A stretch of DNA of 64,000 nt from an uncultured Eubacteriales bacterium (GTDB taxonomy: Bacteria; Bacillota; Clostridia; Oscillospirales; QAMX01): assembly GCA_905205975.1 (NCBI GenBank), contig CAJLFQ010000002.1, positions 10,134 to 74,133 on the forward strand. The letters run 5' to 3'. The translations under genes and the position numbers were made by a program. The notes beneath the pieces were generated by a model. The model was not told the origin of the DNA, did no database searches, and was given only the letters and a program-made list of their open reading frames with translations. Positions 57,340-64,000 of the stretch are shown one piece after another; positions within the stretch are counted from its first letter, which is position 1, and every line of letters begins with the position of its first letter.

Positions 57340-58727
57340 ACGACCCCTCCATTCAGCGTCACGGTGACGGTGGTGCCCGCGTTCAGCCGGCTGTCGAACG
57401 AGAGCGTGCCGCCGTGCAGCCGGGCGATTTCATTGCAGAGCGTCAGGCCGAGCCCTGCGCCGCCCTGCGCGCGGGAACGGGCTTTATCGACGCGGTAAAA
57501 CGCCTCGGTCAGGTGTGCGATGGCCTCCGGCGGCATGCCGCGGCCGTTATCCGCAACGCGGATCCGGCAGCCGGAAGCGGTCATCTCGGAGACAATTCGG
57601 ATGGTGCCGCCCGATTCGAGCGCCTTGCGGGCGTTGTCGATCAGATTCAGAAGCAGCGACCGAACCAAATCCGGTTCCATCATGCACCAGCCGGGCGCGC
57701 CCTGATTTAGAAGGCGGATGCTCTGTTCGGCGTAGACGGGTCGGAGCTGCGCCGTCAGTGCGGCGATCAGCTGCGCGGGTTCGGCGGCGGTAAACGCGGG
57801 CTTGCTGTTTTTTGTGACCAGCAGATCCAGCAGCTTGAGGGAGAGCGCTTCCAGCCGCTTGCCCTCGGAGAAGATATAGTTGGCCGCGTCCATCTGCTCG
57901 TCGGCGGAAAGCGACTGCGTGCGCAGCAGGTCGGCATAGCCGATGATGGACGTCATCGGCGTTTTCAGCTCGTGGGCAAAGCTGCCCATGAACCGCTCCT
58001 GACGCTCCACGGACTGCTGAAGCTCGGAGACGCCCGTGTCGATGGTTTCGGCCATGTGGTTGAAGTCCGCCGCAAGCGCACCGACTTCGTCACGCGTGCG
58101 GACACGGGCGCGGAAATTCAGGTGGCCGCGCGCCAGCTCCCGCGAGGCGCGTGAAAGGGCGGAGAGCGGGCGCGTCAGCAGCCATGCCAGCCCCCATGCG
58201 AGGAGTGCGCCGGCGGCAATCATAACCCAGAAGAGCCGCCTGCAAAGCGACAGCTGTTCTGCGCGCGTCGCATAGATCGAAGAGATGTCATAGGCGATGT
58301 CGAGCGCCAGCGTTTCGCGGTCAGCTGAGAGCATCCCGCCGATCTGAAGGTAGTAGCGGCCGTCTGCATCTTCAAAGGCGACGGCGCGGCAGTGCGCCGT
58401 GTCGGAGGCCAGCGCCAGCATCCGCTCCGAAGCGCCGCCCTCGGCATAAACGGGAACGCCGTCCACCGCCAGCCGCACGGACGACCAGACGTTCTGCTGG
58501 CGCAGCGCGCTCAGCGTGCCGGTGATGTTGTCGAGGCTTTCGGGGGAATCGGTTTCGTTGATCAGGCGCAGCGTCTCCGCCGTCATGCGGAAGGCGCTGC
58601 GGGCGTTGGCCAGCTCTTGTTCCAGCGACCGGTGAAACGAAAGGGAGACCATCAGGCCGCAGCCAATGCCGAAGACAAGCGCCAGCAGCCAGATCATGCA
58701 GACGGTAATTTTCAGGCGGAAGCTCAT
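57336..58727 (-). CDS. Sensor histidine kinase (two TM segments, HAMP, HisKA, HATPase_c)
   Basis: H-box SFAHELKTPMTSIIGY, N-box LIDNARKAL, G-boxes ADNGRGM and GGAGLGL. Confidence 0.9.
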   Translation of the reverse strand: MSFRLKITVCMIWLLALVFGIGCGLMVSLSFHRSLEQELANARSAFRMTAETLRLINETDSPESLDNITGTLSALRQQNVWSSVRLAVDGVPVYAEGGASERMLALASDTAHCRAVAFEDADGRYYLQIGGMLSADRETLALDIAYDISSIYATRAEQLSLCRRLFWVMIAAGALLAWGLAWLLTRPLSALSRASRELARGHLNFRARVRTRDEVGALAADFNHMAETIDTGVSELQQSVERQERFMGSFAHELKTPMTSIIGYADLLRTQSLSADEQMDAANYIFSEGKRLEALSLKLLDLLVTKNSKPAFTAAEPAQLIAALTAQLRPVYAEQSIRLLNQGAPGWCMMEPDLVRSLLLNLIDNARKALESGGTIRIVSEMTASGCRIRVADNGRGMPPEAIAHLTEAFYRVDKARSRAQGGAGLGLTLCNEIARLHGGTLSFDSRLNAGTTVTVTLNGGVV

Positions 58728-58763
58728 GCGCGGGTCTCCTTTCTCGGTGATTTTCTGCGGCGT

Positions 58764-59417
58764 TCAGACGGTCAGCCGGTAGCCGACCTTGTTGACGGCG
58801 ACGAGCCGGTCTTCCCAGCCGACTTTTTTCCGAAGCCGCTGGATATGCAGATCGACGGTTTTGCTGCCGTAGGGAAAGTCTTCGTGCCAGACGCGCTCAT
58901 AAATCGTCTCGCGGTATAAGGCGATCCCGGGGTTGCGGGCGAAGAGCAGCAGCAGATCGTATTCTTTTTTGGTGAGCGGGATGATTTCATCCCCGCGGGA
59001 GACGAGCATGGCGCGCGTGTCGATGGTCAGCCCGCCGATTTCCAGCACGCCGCTGGTCTTCTGATACCGGCGCAGCACGACATCGACGCGCGCCAGCAGC
59101 TCCAGCACCTCAAACGGCTTGACGATATAGTCCTCCGCGCCCATGCGCAGCCCCTTGACGCGGTCACTGACGGCGTTTTTCGCCGTGATGAAAATCACGG
59201 GGGTGCCGGTCGGGCGGATGTATTCCATCAGCTCAAACCCGTCGATCTTGGGCAGCATGACGTCGAGCAGGATGAGGTCATAGGCGTTCGATTCCAGCAG
59301 ATCCGCCGCGGCGGCGCCGTCGGCCGCGCAGGTACAGATGTAGCCCGCCTTTCGGAGGCTCATGCGGATCAGCTCTGCAATCGGTTTTTCATCTTCAACA
59401 ATCAAAATCCGGATCAT
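58764..59417 (-). CDS. OmpR-family response regulator
   Basis: MIRILIVEDE.., DLILLDVMLP receiver domain, and a C-terminal winged helix (TVDLHIQRLRKK..GYRL). aaaggaga RBS before ATG 59417. Confidence 0.92.
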   Translation of the reverse strand: MIRILIVEDEKPIAELIRMSLRKAGYICTCAADGAAAADLLESNAYDLILLDVMLPKIDGFELMEYIRPTGTPVIFITAKNAVSDRVKGLRMGAEDYIVKPFEVLELLARVDVVLRRYQKTSGVLEIGGLTIDTRAMLVSRGDEIIPLTKKEYDLLLLFARNPGIALYRETIYERVWHEDFPYGSKTVDLHIQRLRKKVGWEDRLVAVNKVGYRLTV

Positions 59418-59580
59418 TCCGATTTCTCCTTTGGGAAAAGACTGCACACAACAGGATACATCAGATTGGCATCAAAACGGCATCTCCGGCCGGAGACGCA
59501 GGGGCTCATATGATAATATCACAAGCGGGCGGGAACGTCAAGAGGTGGTCGGGCGGCAGATTCTGGACGGGTGGTTCCAC

Positions 59581-59609
59581 TTGACAGAATACAAATGTTC
59601 TGCTATAAT
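59581..59609 (+). promoter_or_regulatory. sigma-A type promoter of uvrBA
   Basis: TTGACA, 17-nt spacer, TATAAT. Confidence 0.65.
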
Positions 59610-59643
59610 ATACGGTATGTGATTTCTGTGCGGAGGTGGGTTT

Positions 59644-61605
59644 ATGGAGCGATTTGAGCTGGTTTCGGACTTTTCACCGGCGGGCGATCAGCCGGAAGCG
59701 ATTGACGGATTGGTGCAGGGCATCGAGAACGGCCTGTCGGAGCAGACGCTGCTCGGCGTGACCGGGTCCGGCAAAACATATACGATGGCGCAGGTGATTC
59801 AGCGCGTGCAGAAGCCGACGCTGATTCTCGCGCACAACAAGACGCTTGTTTCGCAGCTGTATTCCGAATTCAAGGCGTTCTTCCCGCACAACGCGGTGGA
59901 GTATTTTGTCTCTTACTTCGATTATTATAAGCCGGAATCTTATCTCCCGCAGTATGATATGTATATTGAGAAAAACTCGGAGCGCAACGAAGAGATTGAC
60001 CGGCTGCGCCACTCTGCGACGTGCGCGCTGTTTGAGCGGCGCGACGTCATCATCGTCGCCAGCGTCTCCTGCATCTACGGTCTCGGCGACCCGGAGGATT
60101 ATACGTCGCTCGTCGTTTCGCTGCGGCCGGGCATGGAAGTCGGGCGCGACAACCTGATCCGGCGATTGATCGACATCCAGTATACGCGGAACGACATCAA
60201 CCTCACCCGCGGCACGTTCCGCGTCCGCGGGGACACGGTGGAGGTCATCCCGTCGTGGAGCGAGGATACCGTCATCCGCATCGAACTTTTCGGCGACGAA
60301 GTCGAGCGGCTGAGCGAAGTCCACGCCGTGACCGGCAGCCGCCTGCGCGATCTAAACCACGTCATGATTTATCCGGCGTCGCACCATACGACGTCGGACG
60401 AGAAAAAACAGCGCGCGCTCAAGGAGATCGAAGCCGAAATGTGGGACCGCGTCAAGTGGTTTGAAGACCACGGCAAGCTCATCGAGGCGCAGCGCATCCG
60501 CGAACGCACGATGAACGATCTGGAGCTGCTCGGCCAGATCGGCTTCTGCAGCGGCATCGAAAACTATTCCCGCATCTTTTCCAACCGGGCGCCGGGCTCG
60601 GCGCCGTATACGCTGCTCGACTATTTCCCGAAGGATTATCTGATGTTCATCGACGAATCCCACGTCTCTGTGCCGCAGGTGCGGGGTATGTATGCCGGCG
60701 ACCGCGCCCGGAAGGAGACGCTTGTCGAATACGGGTTCCGGCTGCCCAGCGCGCTGGACAACCGCCCGCTGACGTTTGAGGAGTTCACCGCCAAGCAGAA
60801 TCAGGTCATCTACGTCTCGGCGACGCCGGGCGAATATGAGCGGAGTCGGAGCGGGCAGATTGTTGAACAGCTCATCCGTCCGACCGGGCTGGTTGATCCG
60901 GAAACCTCCGTCCGGCCGATCGATGGGCAGATTGACGACCTGATCGGGGAAATCAACGCCCGCACGGCGAAAAACGAACGCGTCCTCGTCACGACGCTGA
61001 CGAAGAAAATGGCGGAAGACCTGACGTCTTATCTGGAGGGCGTCGGCATCCGCGTCCGGTATATGCACCACGACGTCCACACGATGGAGCGCATCGAGCT
61101 GCTGCGCGATCTGCGGCTCGGGAAGTTTGACGTGCTGGTCGGCATCAACCTCCTGCGCGAGGGGCTGGATCTGCCGGAGGTTTCGCTGGTCGCCGTTCTA
61201 GACGCCGACAAAGAGGGCTTCCTGCGGAGCGAGACGTCGCTCATCCAGACCATCGGCCGCGCCGCGCGGAACGCGGAGGGCAAGGTCATCCTCTACGCCG
61301 ACCAGGTGACGGATTCGATGGCGGGCGCGATCAAAGAGACGGAGCGCCGTCGGAAGCTGCAAATGGCGTTCAACGAAGCGCACCACATCGTTCCGAAGAC
61401 GATCATCAAAGACGTCCGCGATCTGATCGACATCGGCACGCCGGCGAAATCGGAGAAACAGGCGAAACCGCTGACGGCCTCGGAGCGCAGCGAGGAAATC
61501 GATCGGCTCAAACGCCAGATGAAAGAAGCGGCGAAGAATTTGGAATACGAATATGCCGCCCTGCTCCGCGACCGCATCATTGAACTGAGCGGAAAAGCGG
61601 AGTGA
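59644..61605 (+). CDS. uvrB: Excinuclease ABC subunit B
   Basis: [12 protein letters not shown] Walker A, helicase motifs (DESH, ATPG) and a C-terminal UVR domain [11 protein letters not shown]. Confidence 0.97.
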   Translation: MERFELVSDFSPAGDQPEAIDGLVQGIENGLSEQTLLGVTGSGKTYTMAQVIQRVQKPTLILAHNKTLVSQLYSEFKAFFPHNAVEYFVSYFDYYKPESYLPQYDMYIEKNSERNEEIDRLRHSATCALFERRDVIIVASVSCIYGLGDPEDYTSLVVSLRPGMEVGRDNLIRRLIDIQYTRNDINLTRGTFRVRGDTVEVIPSWSEDTVIRIELFGDEVERLSEVHAVTGSRLRDLNHVMIYPASHHTTSDEKKQRALKEIEAEMWDRVKWFEDHGKLIEAQRIRERTMNDLELLGQIGFCSGIENYSRIFSNRAPGSAPYTLLDYFPKDYLMFIDESHVSVPQVRGMYAGDRARKETLVEYGFRLPSALDNRPLTFEEFTAKQNQVIYVSATPGEYERSRSGQIVEQLIRPTGLVDPETSVRPIDGQIDDLIGEINARTAKNERVLVTTLTKKMAEDLTSYLEGVGIRVRYMHHDVHTMERIELLRDLRLGKFDVLVGINLLREGLDLPEVSLVAVLDADKEGFLRSETSLIQTIGRAARNAEGKVILYADQVTDSMAGAIKETERRRKLQMAFNEAHHIVPKTIIKDVRDLIDIGTPAKSEKQAKPLTASERSEEIDRLKRQMKEAAKNLEYEYAALLRDRIIELSGKAE

Positions 61606-61631
61606 GCAGACATCGGAAAGGCAAGACATAC

Positions 61632-64000
<2,369 letters not shown>

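Noticed and set aside
54322-59417. Vancomycin-resistance (van) gene cluster.
   Set aside because: Only VanR/VanS-like and VanY-like components are present. No D-Ala-D-Lac/Ser ligase, vanH or vanX homologues are in the window.

Overview
This is a GC-rich chromosomal segment that looks like it comes from a spore-forming, SLH/S-layer-bearing Clostridia-type Firmicute (spoIID, rny, rex, [FeFe] hydrogenase, lepA-hemW, uvrBA). The taxonomy is inferred from gene content only. I support about 45 protein-coding genes. Most of the long opposite-strand ORFs in the supplied track are Arg/Ala/Gly-rich GC shadows, and I reject them. I saw no rRNA, tRNA, CRISPR array, transposase, integrase or recognisable defence system.

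The most interesting locus is a tightly packed, co-directional block at about 2.2-13.6 kb. Its gene order is an LDH/MDH-family dehydrogenase (Arg at the specificity position), fumC, hdrB/hdrC/hdrA-like genes, mvhD(flxD)-like, two polyferredoxin-type Fe-S proteins, an FAD/NAD(P)-binding 2Fe-2S reductase, and frdB/frdA-like genes with no membrane anchor. It is followed by rex, a thioredoxin-like 2Fe-2S protein and an [FeFe] hydrogenase. I read this as a candidate soluble, NADH-linked, flavin-based electron-bifurcating fumarate reductase system coupled to hydrogen production. This is a hypothesis, and I cannot verify novelty without database access.

The second theme is an intergenic repeat system:
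- a nested-hairpin element with two stem variants and compensatory base changes, at least 7 copies;
- a degenerate ~25-nt tandem unit;
- a pair of long imperfect inverted repeats (37344-37941 and 39897-40266) that bracket a 2-gene cassette. These repeats carry terminators and inward-facing promoters, and they extend into the last codons of both flanking genes.

Other items:
- a vWA/ceramidase-like secreted fusion protein;
- an OmpR/HK operon with M14 and M15 (VanY-like) peptidases;
- an amino-acid ABC importer lacking a binding protein;
- a Q/P/Y tandem-repeat membrane protein.

uvrA (61632 to the window end) is absent from the ORF track because it has no stop codon in the window. All functional calls rest on motif recognition by eye, with no searches run.
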